From a bacterium (GTDB lineage: Bacteria; Patescibacteriota; Minisyncoccia; UBA6257; GWB1-50-10), in contig JAKAHD010000001.1 in assembly GCA_021815205.1 (NCBI GenBank), positions 25,247 through 89,246 on the forward strand: a stretch of DNA of 64,000 nt, in the 5' to 3' direction. How positions within the stretch are numbered: the first letter of the stretch is position 1; each line of letters begins with the position of its first letter. Below the pieces are notes generated by a model. It was given only the letters and a program-made list of their open reading frames with translations. It ran no database searches and was not told the DNA's origin. This document shows positions 1 to 9,162 of this stretch, piece by piece. Position numbers and translations under genes: made by a program.

Positions 1-34
1 TTAACGTTGGTTACCAAGGGAGTATGTGATATCA

Positions 35-68
35 CCCGGGGTGTTATGACGCGTCATAACACCCCGGG
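35..68. repeat. Palindrome family A copy 1 (core GGTGTTATGACGCGTCATAACACC, extended by CCCGG arms)
   Basis: Perfect 34-bp self-complementary sequence. The identical 24-bp core recurs at 627-650, 19216-19257 and 41445-41468. Confidence 0.9.
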
Positions 69-174
69 TAGGCAGCAATTTCCAGAATGAAAAGTGAAGA
101 TGGAGTATAATTATAAGAAATTATAAGAAAGGAGCACTATAAGCGCGGAAGAAATCGTAAGTGAACGCTACAAA

Positions 175-618
175 ATGAAGAAGGATATCAGAAAGAAAAA
201 GTTGCGTATACCCGCAATTTCCCATTATTCATCCCGCAAGGAATGGGAGCGGGCCGTATGGAAAATGATTGTAAGGTCTCCCGAAGCACTTGATGCGTTT
301 ACCGCTCCCTATGAGCGTCATTCCCTTGTGATGCGCGCCGCGGTAGTAGATAGGATTCATTCTGGAAGAAGTTATCGCGAGATCAGCAGAGAATTGTGGA
401 GTTCGCTCCAAACAATCGGCAGTATCAAGAGGGCGCTCGATGGGAAAAATTATCGAAGCTATCGGGAGCGGGGGAAGACGGAGCGGAAGAAAAGAGTATA
501 TTCCCAATCCTCCCATAGTACATCACGGCACGAACCGCAAAGGAGGACTACGCGAGTTACCGGTACCGTATCGCTGGGCGGTATCACAAGAACCCGCTAT
601 CCCGATAGACTGAAGTGA
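175..618 (+). CDS. TrpR-related YerC/YecD-family HTH DNA-binding protein
   Basis: The motif SYREISRELWSSLQTIGSIKRAL matches the YerC/YecD (Trp-repressor-like) HTH signature. The basic C-terminal tail is likely low complexity. The gene is flanked on both sides by family A palindromes. Confidence 0.55.
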   Translation: MKKDIRKKKLRIPAISHYSSRKEWERAVWKMIVRSPEALDAFTAPYERHSLVMRAAVVDRIHSGRSYREISRELWSSLQTIGSIKRALDGKNYRSYRERGKTERKKRVYSQSSHSTSRHEPQRRTTRVTGTVSLGGITRTRYPDRLK

Positions 619-626
619 ACACTACA

Positions 627-650
627 GGTGTTATGACGCGTCATAACACC
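627..650. repeat. Palindrome family A copy 2
   Basis: Exact 24-bp core GGTGTTATGACGCGTCATAACACC, immediately 3' of the YerC-like ORF. Confidence 0.9.
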
Positions 651-687
651 CCACCATACGCATGAAAGAGGAAAAGAAAGTTTGCCG

Positions 688-871
688 GAACTGTCTGCCT
701 GCGGCGGATAGCCACCTCTTCGAGGCATTTCCCTTAGGGATGGCAAAAGGAGATACGTATGTATGAATGTATGAATCAGAAACAAAGAACATATCAGAAC
801 TGTCTGCCTGCGGCGGATCTCTTTCCCTGCGGGATATCTCCCGTAGGGATGACCGAGGGAGACAAACATCT
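688..871 (+). repeat. Tandem duplicated ~111-bp leader unit (GAACTGTCTGCCTGCGGCGGA...CCxTAGGGATG...GGAGA...ATG), two copies
   Basis: A 21-nt exact repeat occurs at 688-708 and 799-819. Each is followed by a diverged but alignable hairpin-like segment and an SD-ATG. The second unit's ATG (872) is the probable true start of the downstream gene. Confidence 0.6.
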
Positions 872-2311
872 ATGAGTCAAGAGAGACGTATATGTCAAAA
901 TTGCAAATCCGAGTTCACAATTGAGCCCGACGATTTTGCGTTCTACGAGAAGATAAAGGTGCCGCCGCCCACGTGGTGTCCGGAGTGCAGGTTTAAACGG
1001 AGGGCAAGCACGATGAATGTCTATTCGCTGTATAAAAGAATGTGTGATGGATGTGGGAAGAAAGTTGTTTCCATTTATCACGAAGATCTGCCGTTTAAAA
1101 TCTATTGTTCTTCCTGTTGGTGGGGAGATTCGTGGGACGGTACAGAGTATGGCCAAGAGTATGATCCGAACAAGTCTTTTTTTGAACAAGTTCTCGAGTT
1201 AAGGAATAGAACGCCGTTCATGGCTCTTGAAACACAGGCGACTACCCATGTCAATACAGAATATACTAATTACTCCAGTAATAATAAGGATTCCTATCTT
1301 ACGTACTTTGCGGATTATTTAGATAATTGCATATATGTCTCTTTCGCGAAGAACGTGAAAGATTCCGCTGATTGTTTACGAATAAGCGACTCCGAAGAAT
1401 GTTATGGATCAGTGGGCGTCCTTAAATGTTATCGTACGTATTTTTCGGAAGAGTGTGATAATTGCGTTAACGTTTATTTTTCGAAAAACTGCTCAGGTTG
1501 TTCTGATTGTTTCGGATGCGTTAATCTCCGAAAGAAATCAAATTGCATATTCAACAAACACTACACAAAGGAAGAATATCAAAAGCGTTTGGCGGAGCTG
1601 CGCATCGGATCTTTCAGAGCAATGGAGAAATATCAGAAAGAAATTCCTTCATTTTGGAGAAAATACCCAAGCAAATTTTATCACGGAAACGCCTTGAATA
1701 TGAATGTGTCCGGAGATTACATCTCTCAGTCGAAAAATACCAGAAATGCATATCTTGTGACTCATGTAGAGGATTCGCGCTTTGTTCAGATGCTTTCGGT
1801 GCCAAAGACAAGGGACTCCTACGATTATACGGGATGGGGCGCGAACAGCGAACTTCTTTACGAGTGTCAGAGTGTCGGAGAAAATGCTTCGAGGGTCAAG
1901 TTTTCACTCCATTGTTATCCAAACGTTACAGATTGCGAATATTCATATTATGCAGTAAGCTCGAAAAACGTTTTTGGGTGTGTCAACTTGAAGAAGAAGG
2001 AGTATTGCATATTAAACAAACAATACACGAAAGAGGAATTCGATGAACTTAAAGCGAGAATTATAGAGGATATGAATAAAAGACCTTTCATCGATTCCCT
2101 TGGAAGGATTTGGAGCTATGGAGAATTCTTTCCGCCTATATTATCCCCCTTCGGCTATAACGAGACTTTAGCAATGGATTATTTTCCTATGGCAGAAGAT
2201 AGGGTAGTGGATGAGGGATTTGCGTGGAAAGAGAAGGAGAGTCAATATACCGCGACCATAAACGGATCTGTCTTCCCGATGACGTACAGGCGTCAAGGGT
2301 GGATGTCGTAG
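872..2311 (+). CDS. Cysteine-rich repeat (beta-solenoid-like Cys ladder) protein with N-terminal tandem zinc-ribbon motifs; function unknown
   Basis: The N-terminus has C-x2-C...CPECR twice. The central region has repeating ~9-11-aa units ending in Cys (EECYGSVGVLKCYRTYFSEECDNCVNVYFSKNCSGCSDCFGCVNLRKKSNC), and the motif GCVNL+KK.xC(I)(F/L)NK.YTKEE(Y/F) occurs twice. The ORF track extends the start to 767 through the repeat leader; an SD-like GAGGGA lies 13 nt before ATG 872. Confidence 0.55.
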   Translation: MSQERRICQNCKSEFTIEPDDFAFYEKIKVPPPTWCPECRFKRRASTMNVYSLYKRMCDGCGKKVVSIYHEDLPFKIYCSSCWWGDSWDGTEYGQEYDPNKSFFEQVLELRNRTPFMALETQATTHVNTEYTNYSSNNKDSYLTYFADYLDNCIYVSFAKNVKDSADCLRISDSEECYGSVGVLKCYRTYFSEECDNCVNVYFSKNCSGCSDCFGCVNLRKKSNCIFNKHYTKEEYQKRLAELRIGSFRAMEKYQKEIPSFWRKYPSKFYHGNALNMNVSGDYISQSKNTRNAYLVTHVEDSRFVQMLSVPKTRDSYDYTGWGANSELLYECQSVGENASRVKFSLHCYPNVTDCEYSYYAVSSKNVFGCVNLKKKEYCILNKQYTKEEFDELKARIIEDMNKRPFIDSLGRIWSYGEFFPPILSPFGYNETLAMDYFPMAEDRVVDEGFAWKEKESQYTATINGSVFPMTYRRQGWMS

Positions 2312-2637
2312 ATGAGATTATTGAATGTGTGAAATGCGGGAAATCATTTCGGATTGTAAAATCGGAATGGGAACTTTTAAAAAAATTGAATCTCCCCTTG
2401 CCTCGCACATGTCCGGAATGTCGGAGGATGGACCGCTGTATTCGAATCAATCCTCCGAAGATCTATCACCGCGCCTGCCAGTGCATGGGAGAAGAGTCAC
2501 TCGATGGCGTTTATATGAACACAGGAGAACATCATCACGGAAAAGGGAGGTGCCCGAACGAATTTGAGACCTCCTACGCCCCCGACCGTCCCGAGATTGT
2601 GTACTGCGAATCCTGCTACCAATCGGAGGTCGTATAA
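2224..2637 (+). CDS. Small zinc-ribbon / His-rich protein; possibly the frameshifted C-terminal part of the preceding gene
   Basis: ECVKCGKSFRIVKSEWELLKKLNLPLPRTCPECRR repeats the zinc-ribbon motif found at the N-terminus of the 872-2311 product. The ORF overlaps that gene by 88 nt in another frame. The true start is uncertain. Confidence 0.35.
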   Translation: MEREGESIYRDHKRICLPDDVQASRVDVVDEIIECVKCGKSFRIVKSEWELLKKLNLPLPRTCPECRRMDRCIRINPPKIYHRACQCMGEESLDGVYMNTGEHHHGKGRCPNEFETSYAPDRPEIVYCESCYQSEVV

Positions 2638-2639
2638 CA

Positions 2640-2664
2640 GGTGCTATGCTATAGCATAGCGGCC
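2640..2664. repeat. Palindrome family B copy 1 (GGTGCTATGCTATAGCATAGC, right arm imperfect)
   Basis: Matches the 24-bp palindrome GGTGCTATGCTATAGCATAGCACC found at 19363-19392, 56113-56136 and 56322-56357. Confidence 0.7.
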
Positions 2665-2934
2665 AAAAAAAGAAACAACCTCAAAGGTCTTCACCGTGTC
2701 ATTCTGATCCACTCCGCTAGCTGGAGGACGACAGAGAAGAATCTAAAAGCACCCAGCTCATCATTCATAAGTAGAGAGATCCTTCTCCTCCTGCGGCGGA
2801 TCAGGATGACGAAATTGGTGTTTTGAGATGGGTTCTAAAAAAGATATTCATTCAATCACCGCTATGCCCTCTCTGTGATCCGTGAGAATCCGTGTTCTTA
2901 TCTGTGATATCTATGTGATGGTATAATACCTCCA

Positions 2935-3675
2935 ATGACCAGGGGCGCGAAAAAATTCGTATATGGACTTCTTTATCTTTGTCTCTTTGCGCTTCTTGGA
3001 TACTGGATATTCGGAGGATTGTTCAGGAGCGTCCCCGCCAATCCCTCGACATGTACGGATTGCCCGCCTCAAAATCAGATCGCGCCCATTTCGCTCGTGG
3101 GAGCCGTGCGATTTTGGAAGAGCGGCGACATGGCGCATGTGACGCTCTTGGGGCAGATAAAAAACCCGAATGCCGATTACGGCGTTTCAAAACTGCCGTA
3201 TACGTTCACGTTGTACGACAAGAACGGTGCTGTCGTAGGAACGGTGCAGGGTGCGGAGTCGGTATTTCCGGGAACAACGAAGTATGTGTTCGGGATATAT
3301 GACGGAAGCGCCTACGATGTGGGAAGAACCGCGCGCGCGGACCTCGCGTTTTCGAATCCTCAATGGGTTGCCGCCGGGCAGTTTATCGCTCCGAATATCG
3401 CGGTAACCGCCGGTCCCGCGACCACCGTTTCGCAACACGGGATCGAGGTGACGGGCTCCGTGCGGAATACGAGTCCGCTCACCTCGGGAACCATCAAAGT
3501 GATCGCATTGCTCGGAAATAAGTACGGAGACCCGATCGCGGCGGGGCAGACCCTTCTCGGCGGACTTCGGAGCCTCGACCGCGCATCCTTCTCGATATTT
3601 TTCCCCGCCGATGCCTCACTCACCGCGAACGCCAACCCCTCGTTTACGAGGGTGTTTGTGAGCGTGGAGGAATAA
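2935..3675 (+). CDS. Hypothetical membrane-anchored protein (N-terminal TM helix, extracytoplasmic beta-rich domain)
   Basis: A 246-aa ORF with a hydrophobic N-terminus (LLYLCLFALLGYWIFGGLF) and a GGTATAAT-like -10 box just upstream. No recognisable family. Confidence 0.5.
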   Translation: MTRGAKKFVYGLLYLCLFALLGYWIFGGLFRSVPANPSTCTDCPPQNQIAPISLVGAVRFWKSGDMAHVTLLGQIKNPNADYGVSKLPYTFTLYDKNGAVVGTVQGAESVFPGTTKYVFGIYDGSAYDVGRTARADLAFSNPQWVAAGQFIAPNIAVTAGPATTVSQHGIEVTGSVRNTSPLTSGTIKVIALLGNKYGDPIAAGQTLLGGLRSLDRASFSIFFPADASLTANANPSFTRVFVSVEE

Positions 3676-3743
3676 TTTACTGCAAAAAAGACGATGAAAA
3701 CATACTATAACGTGCGGATCGGCGCATCAAAAAAAGTCGGTAA

Positions 3744-3768
3744 GACTTGGGCTAGCGCCCCGGAGTGC
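3744..3768. repeat. Repeat family E copy 1 (CGCTCCGGGGCGCTAGCCCAAGTC module, reverse orientation)
   Basis: GACTTGGGCTAGCGCCCCGGAG is the reverse complement of the module at 22903-22930 and 34256-34283. Confidence 0.7.
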
Positions 3769-3805
3769 ACACTTTTTTTGGTGTGACGAGTCGCACGATG
3801 CCCGC

Positions 3806-4885
3806 ATGATTTTCGATCGTCTCAAAAAACTCGATTGGGTGCTCGTGGGAGCGCTCATTTTCCTTTCTATTGTAAGTCTCGTCACGCTTGCAAGCTACGA
3901 TATGTCTTACTTTTGGAGGCAGCTCACATGGTATGTGGCGGCGTTTGCACTTATTGTATTCGGGAGCCGGCTCAACTGGTCGTGGCTTATCAGATGGCCT
4001 GTGTTTCGCTACGGAATCTACTGGATTGCAGTCGCGTTTCTCGTGATCTCGAACCTGCAGTCGCACCTCGTGCGCGGCACAAAGAGCTGGCTCATGTTCG
4101 CCGGGTTTCAGTTCGAGCCCGCCGAACTCGCGAAGCTCGGGCTTATTCTAGTACTCGCTGGTTTTTTCACGAGGCGCCATGTTGCGATGTGGCAGACCAA
4201 AAATCTTTTCGTCTCGCTTTGTTATGCGCTTATTCCGGCCGGACTTATCGCGATTCATCCCGATTTCGGTTCCACGATTGTCGTCATGAGCGTATGGCTC
4301 GGGTTCGTGCTTATGGGCGGCGTACACAAGAAAAGATTCCTGGTAGGGCTTGGGCTTGCCGTGGGATGCGGCATACTTCTCTGGACATCATTTCTAAAGC
4401 CGTATCAGAAGGATCGCTTGACTGCATTTCTCTTTCCGGAGCGTGATCCCCTCGGCATCAACTACAACGTCATCCAGTCGAAGATCGCGATCGGTTCTGC
4501 GGGATTTTTCGGAAAGGGGTTCGGAGAGGGGACGCAGATGCAGTTTCGTTTTCTCCCCGAGGCGCAGACCGACTTCATCTTCGCGGCGTTCACCGAGGAG
4601 TGGGGAGTCGTCGCTGACCTCCTCTTACTCTTGACTTTTCTCGTTATTCTCTTTAGATTAGTACACATAGGGTTGCGAGCGGAGCGCAATGAGGCGAAGT
4701 TCGTGGTACTGGGAGGAGCGCTTATCTTTTTTACCCAGTTTCTTATTAACGTCGGTTCCAACCTGGGAATCGTTCCCGTGACCGGCATTACCCTTCCCTT
4801 CGTGAGTTACGGGGGGTCAAGCCTCTTGACGGTTGCCACGCTCATAAGTATAATCCAACATATAAAAATTGAATCCTCAGGATAA
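3806..4885 (+). CDS. SEDS-family peptidoglycan glycosyltransferase (FtsW/RodA)
   Basis: A 359-aa polytopic membrane protein with the characteristic FtsW/RodA/SpoVE conserved blocks (GFQFEPAELAKLGLIL; PFVSYGGSSLL). Confidence 0.9.
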   Translation: MIFDRLKKLDWVLVGALIFLSIVSLVTLASYDMSYFWRQLTWYVAAFALIVFGSRLNWSWLIRWPVFRYGIYWIAVAFLVISNLQSHLVRGTKSWLMFAGFQFEPAELAKLGLILVLAGFFTRRHVAMWQTKNLFVSLCYALIPAGLIAIHPDFGSTIVVMSVWLGFVLMGGVHKKRFLVGLGLAVGCGILLWTSFLKPYQKDRLTAFLFPERDPLGINYNVIQSKIAIGSAGFFGKGFGEGTQMQFRFLPEAQTDFIFAAFTEEWGVVADLLLLLTFLVILFRLVHIGLRAERNEAKFVVLGGALIFFTQFLINVGSNLGIVPVTGITLPFVSYGGSSLLTVATLISIIQHIKIESSG

Positions 4886-5885
4886 ACAACGAGGGCTGCT
4901 CCGTCTGCGTTTTCTTATCGTGCTGGGACTCTTGCTTGCCGTCATACTCCTTATCGCCTATTTCGTATACGGTCTTGAGCCAAGCTATAAGAAGGAGACG
5001 CCCGTATCATTTGAAGTGATGAGAGGAGAGAGCTTCCGCTCGATCGGCGCTCGTTTGTCTCAAGAAGCATTAATTCGTTCCATCACCGTGTTCAAAATCT
5101 ATTCTTTTCTTACAGGGAGCGCATCGAAGTTTCAACCGGGGGTGTATTCGCTTGCGAGTACCATGAGCGTGCCGGAGATTGTGAACGCCCTCAAGGAAGG
5201 GGGGGTGACGCAAGCCACCGTCCGGATCATCGAAGGCACGACGCTCCGGGATATTGATGCCGCGCTCGCCGAGGCGGGAGTGACTCGGGCGGGAGCGATC
5301 GTGAACTTCCCCATTGCGACGGTCCGCGATCACTATCCGTTTCTCGCACACGCAACCTCGCTCGAGGGATTTCTCTTTCCCGATACCTACCACTTCTCGC
5401 GTGATGCCGCTCCCGAGACGGTGGTTAAAAAATTCCTCGACACCTTTGAGGTGAAGGCGTGGCCCCTCCTTTCGGAAAAAGCTGATTGGTACCGCTCGCT
5501 CATACTCGCCTCGTATCTTGAGAAAGAAGTAGTGACGATGCGCGATCGCCGTCTTGTCGCCGGAATCCTTTTGAAGCGCATCTCGATCGCCATGCCCCTT
5601 CAGGTGGATGCAACGATCGTGTACGCGAAGTGCGGCGGCGCGTTGAAGGCGTGCTCCGGCGCCGCACTCACCGCGCAGGATCTGAAGATCAACTCTCCCT
5701 ACAACACCTATCTGCATCGGGGATGGACGCCTACGCCGATAGGAAATCCGGGGAAAGACGCGATACAGGCCGCCGTAACGCCCCTAGTAAGCGCATACCT
5801 GTATTATCTTTCCACCCCCGATCAACAAACCATTTTTTCTCGGACGCTTCAGGAGCACAATACCAGTTCGGCACGCTATCTTTAG
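4869..5885 (+). CDS. mltG: Endolytic murein transglycosylase MltG (YceG family)
   Basis: Single N-terminal TM segment followed by YceG-family motifs. TTG start overlaps the SEDS gene by 17 nt. Confidence 0.85.
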   Translation: MNPQDKQRGLLRLRFLIVLGLLLAVILLIAYFVYGLEPSYKKETPVSFEVMRGESFRSIGARLSQEALIRSITVFKIYSFLTGSASKFQPGVYSLASTMSVPEIVNALKEGGVTQATVRIIEGTTLRDIDAALAEAGVTRAGAIVNFPIATVRDHYPFLAHATSLEGFLFPDTYHFSRDAAPETVVKKFLDTFEVKAWPLLSEKADWYRSLILASYLEKEVVTMRDRRLVAGILLKRISIAMPLQVDATIVYAKCGGALKACSGAALTAQDLKINSPYNTYLHRGWTPTPIGNPGKDAIQAAVTPLVSAYLYYLSTPDQQTIFSRTLQEHNTSSARYL

Positions 5886-5963
5886 ATAATCCCCGCGCGT
5901 TATTGTGAGAGGTCGATCGTCTCATGGAATTGCACTCCGCACACGATACATCGAGAGAGCGTT

Positions 5964-8900
5964 ATGCAAAAAACAAAAGTCTTTTCTTCATATAAAGGTC
6001 CCGTGTATGTCGCGGATAATCCCGTCGCGATTCAGACGGATTCCTACGCATGGTTTTTGAAACGGGGGCTCCGAGAACTCTTCGACGAGATCTCTCCGAT
6101 CCAGGATCACACGGGAAAGGAACTTGAGCTCCATTTTCTTGACTACAAGTTCGACGAGCCGAAATACACGGAGGTAAAGGCGCTTGAAAAAGACCAGACC
6201 TTCGAGGCGCCCCTTCGGGTACATGTGAAGCTTGTGAACAGAGAGACAAAAGATGAGCGGATTCAGGAGGTGTATCTCGGCGATTTCCCCATCATGACCG
6301 ATCGGGGCACCTTTATTATAAACGGCGTGGAGCGCGTGGTGATTTCCCAACTCATCCGTTCGCCCGGCGTGTATTTTTCGGCGGCAATGTTTCGGGGCAA
6401 GAAACTCTTCAGCGCGAAGGTGATTCCAAATCGCGGCGCGTGGCTCGAGTTTGAAACGGAATCCGACGGCTTTATCGGCGTGAAGATCGACCGGCGCCGC
6501 AAGGCTCCGGTGACCCAGCTCTTAAGGATCTTCGGCGTGGCGACCGATGAGGAGATCACAAAACGCTTCGCCGCCGTCGATACGGGAACCATACGTTATA
6601 TTTCAGCAACCTTGAAGAAAGATGAGGCGAAGACGACCGACGACGCGTACATCGAGATCTATCGGCGCCTTCGTCCCGGTGATCTCGCGACCGTTGAGAA
6701 CGCAAAGCTTCTCATCGAACCGATGTTTTCCCGCTTCGACCGCTACGACTTGAGCGCCGTGGGACGCTACAAGTGCAACGAACGGCTCGGATTCGAAAAG
6801 AAAGAGAGTCCGCTCCTTGACAAAGATGACCTCGTTGCGATCGTTCGCGAGATTATTCGTTTAAATAATGATCAGAACGCAGAGCCGGATGATATTGACC
6901 ATCTCGGAAATCGGAGAATCCGCTCCGTGGGAGAACTTATGCAATCGAGGCTCCGGATCGGGTTTGCCCGCTTGAAGCGCGGTATCCAGGACAGGATGTC
7001 CACCTTGGAGCGCACGGGGCTCCAGCCCGCACAACTCATCAATTACAAGCTTTTAACCTCGGTGATCCGTGATCTCTTCGCGGCGTCGCCGCTCTCGCAG
7101 TTTATGGACCAGGTAAATCCTCTTGCGGAACTCGAACACAAGCGCCGTCTTTCGGCGATGGGTCCGGGAGGGCTAACCCGCGAACGTGCCGGATTCGAGG
7201 TGCGCGACGTGCACCCCTCCTACTATGGAAGAATCTGTCCGATTCAGACCCCCGAGGGTGCGAACATCGGTCTCGTGAACTACCTTGCGAACTATGCGAG
7301 GATTAATGCCTTCGGATTTCTGGAGACGCCGTACTTCAAGGTGAAGAACGGTATCGTCACCAAAGAAGTAGTGTGGCTCTCCGCGATCGCGGAGCAGAAG
7401 TACAACATTACGCAGGCGGACCTTCCCGTGGACGAGCAAGGAAGATTCAATGATGCAATAGTTTCCGCGCGACTTAAAGGGGTTCCCGGGACTTGCGCCC
7501 GCGAGGAGGTTGATTTTGTGGATGTTTCGACGGATCAGGTAATCAGCATCTCGACCTCGCTTATTCCCTTTATCGAACACAGCGACGCGAATCGCGTACT
7601 TATGGGATCGAATATGCAGCGCCAGGCGGTCCCGACGCTCATGCCCGAGGCGCCGCTCGTCGGTACCGGCGAGGAGGAGCGCGCCGCGCACTATTCCGGC
7701 CAGGTGGTTGTTTCCGATGTGCACGGGACGGTTCAGGAAGTTGATGCGCGCGGCGTTGTTCTCAAGACCGAGCACGGCACGAAAACCTATCCTTTGTATA
7801 AATTCAAGCGCTCGAATCAATCAACCTGTATGTCGCAACGCCCGATCGTACACGTGGGCGACAAGGTGAAGCCGGGAACGGTCTTGGCGGATGGCCCCGC
7901 AACCGAAGAAGGCGTACTTGCTTTAGGAAAAAATCTTTTAGTCGCCTTTCTTCCGTGGCGGGGCGCAAACTTCGAGGATGCCATTATTCTTTCGGAGCGC
8001 GTCGCGCGCGATGACCTCTTCACCTCGATTTACATTGAAACCTTCACCTGTCTTGTCCGTGACACGAAGCTTGGGGCCGAGATCACAACGCCGGACATTC
8101 CGAACGTCGCGGAGGACAAGCTCCGCAATCTCGACGCCGAGGGTATCGTACGTATCGGCGCCGAAGTGCGGGCGAACGATATTCTGGTCGGGAAGATTTC
8201 CCCGAAGGGTGAGTCGGAGCTTACCTCCGAAGAGCGTTTGCTCCGCGCAATTTTCGGCGAGAAGGCGCGCGACGTCAAAGATTCTTCGCTTACGATGCCG
8301 CATGGAAAACAAGGAAGGGTCATCGGCATCAAGATCTTCTCCCGTGATAAGGGGGATAAGCTCGAGCCGGGCATTATTAAGAAAATCCAGGTCGAGGTCG
8401 CACAATTAAGGAAAGTCAGTGCGGGTGACAAGCTCGCGGGGCGGTACGGCAACAAAGGAGTGATTTCACAAATAAGGAAGATGGAGGATATGCCGTATCT
8501 TGCGGACGGGAGGCCCGTTGATATCGTCTTGAATCCTCTGGGCGTTGCCTCCCGCATGAATCTGGGCCAGATATTGGAAACGCACCTCGGCCTTGCCGCG
8601 AAACACCTTGGTTACCGCGCGATCGTACCGAGTTTTGTGGGAGCGGGCGAGGAGGAGATCAAGAAGGAGCTTCTTAAGGCGGGCTTTTCGGAAACCGGAA
8701 AAACCACCGTGTACAACGGTCTCACGGGGGAGGCGTTTACCGATCCCGTAACGATCGGCTACATGTATATTATGAAGTTAAGCCATCTCGTCGAGGACAA
8801 GATGCATGTGCGTTCGACGGGACCCTACTCTCTTATTACGCAGCAACCCCTGGGAGGAAAGGCCCAACTCGGAGGACAGCGCTTTGGAGAGATGGAGGTC

Positions 8901-9152
8901 TGGGCGCTCGAAGGGTACGGTGCGGCGCACACGCTTCAGGAGATGCTTACCATAAAGTCCGACGACGTTATGGGAAGATCTGCCGCCTTCGAATCGATCA
9001 TACGCGGACAGGAGATCAAGAAGCCGAATATTCCCGCATCGTTCAACGTGCTCGTCTCGGAGCTCAAATCCCTGGGACTCAGTGTCCATTACGAGTACGA
9101 GAAAGGACGCGACGACGGATTCAGCGAAGTATCCGAAACGGAAACCCAATAA
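5964..9152 (+). CDS. rpoB: DNA-directed RNA polymerase subunit beta
   Basis: 1062 aa with unmistakable RpoB conserved regions throughout. Confidence 0.97.
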   Translation: MQKTKVFSSYKGPVYVADNPVAIQTDSYAWFLKRGLRELFDEISPIQDHTGKELELHFLDYKFDEPKYTEVKALEKDQTFEAPLRVHVKLVNRETKDERIQEVYLGDFPIMTDRGTFIINGVERVVISQLIRSPGVYFSAAMFRGKKLFSAKVIPNRGAWLEFETESDGFIGVKIDRRRKAPVTQLLRIFGVATDEEITKRFAAVDTGTIRYISATLKKDEAKTTDDAYIEIYRRLRPGDLATVENAKLLIEPMFSRFDRYDLSAVGRYKCNERLGFEKKESPLLDKDDLVAIVREIIRLNNDQNAEPDDIDHLGNRRIRSVGELMQSRLRIGFARLKRGIQDRMSTLERTGLQPAQLINYKLLTSVIRDLFAASPLSQFMDQVNPLAELEHKRRLSAMGPGGLTRERAGFEVRDVHPSYYGRICPIQTPEGANIGLVNYLANYARINAFGFLETPYFKVKNGIVTKEVVWLSAIAEQKYNITQADLPVDEQGRFNDAIVSARLKGVPGTCAREEVDFVDVSTDQVISISTSLIPFIEHSDANRVLMGSNMQRQAVPTLMPEAPLVGTGEEERAAHYSGQVVVSDVHGTVQEVDARGVVLKTEHGTKTYPLYKFKRSNQSTCMSQRPIVHVGDKVKPGTVLADGPATEEGVLALGKNLLVAFLPWRGANFEDAIILSERVARDDLFTSIYIETFTCLVRDTKLGAEITTPDIPNVAEDKLRNLDAEGIVRIGAEVRANDILVGKISPKGESELTSEERLLRAIFGEKARDVKDSSLTMPHGKQGRVIGIKIFSRDKGDKLEPGIIKKIQVEVAQLRKVSAGDKLAGRYGNKGVISQIRKMEDMPYLADGRPVDIVLNPLGVASRMNLGQILETHLGLAAKHLGYRAIVPSFVGAGEEEIKKELLKAGFSETGKTTVYNGLTGEAFTDPVTIGYMYIMKLSHLVEDKMHVRSTGPYSLITQQPLGGKAQLGGQRFGEMEVWALEGYGAAHTLQEMLTIKSDDVMGRSAAFESIIRGQEIKKPNIPASFNVLVSELKSLGLSVHYEYEKGRDDGFSEVSETETQ

Positions 9153-9162
9153 CCCGCCACCC

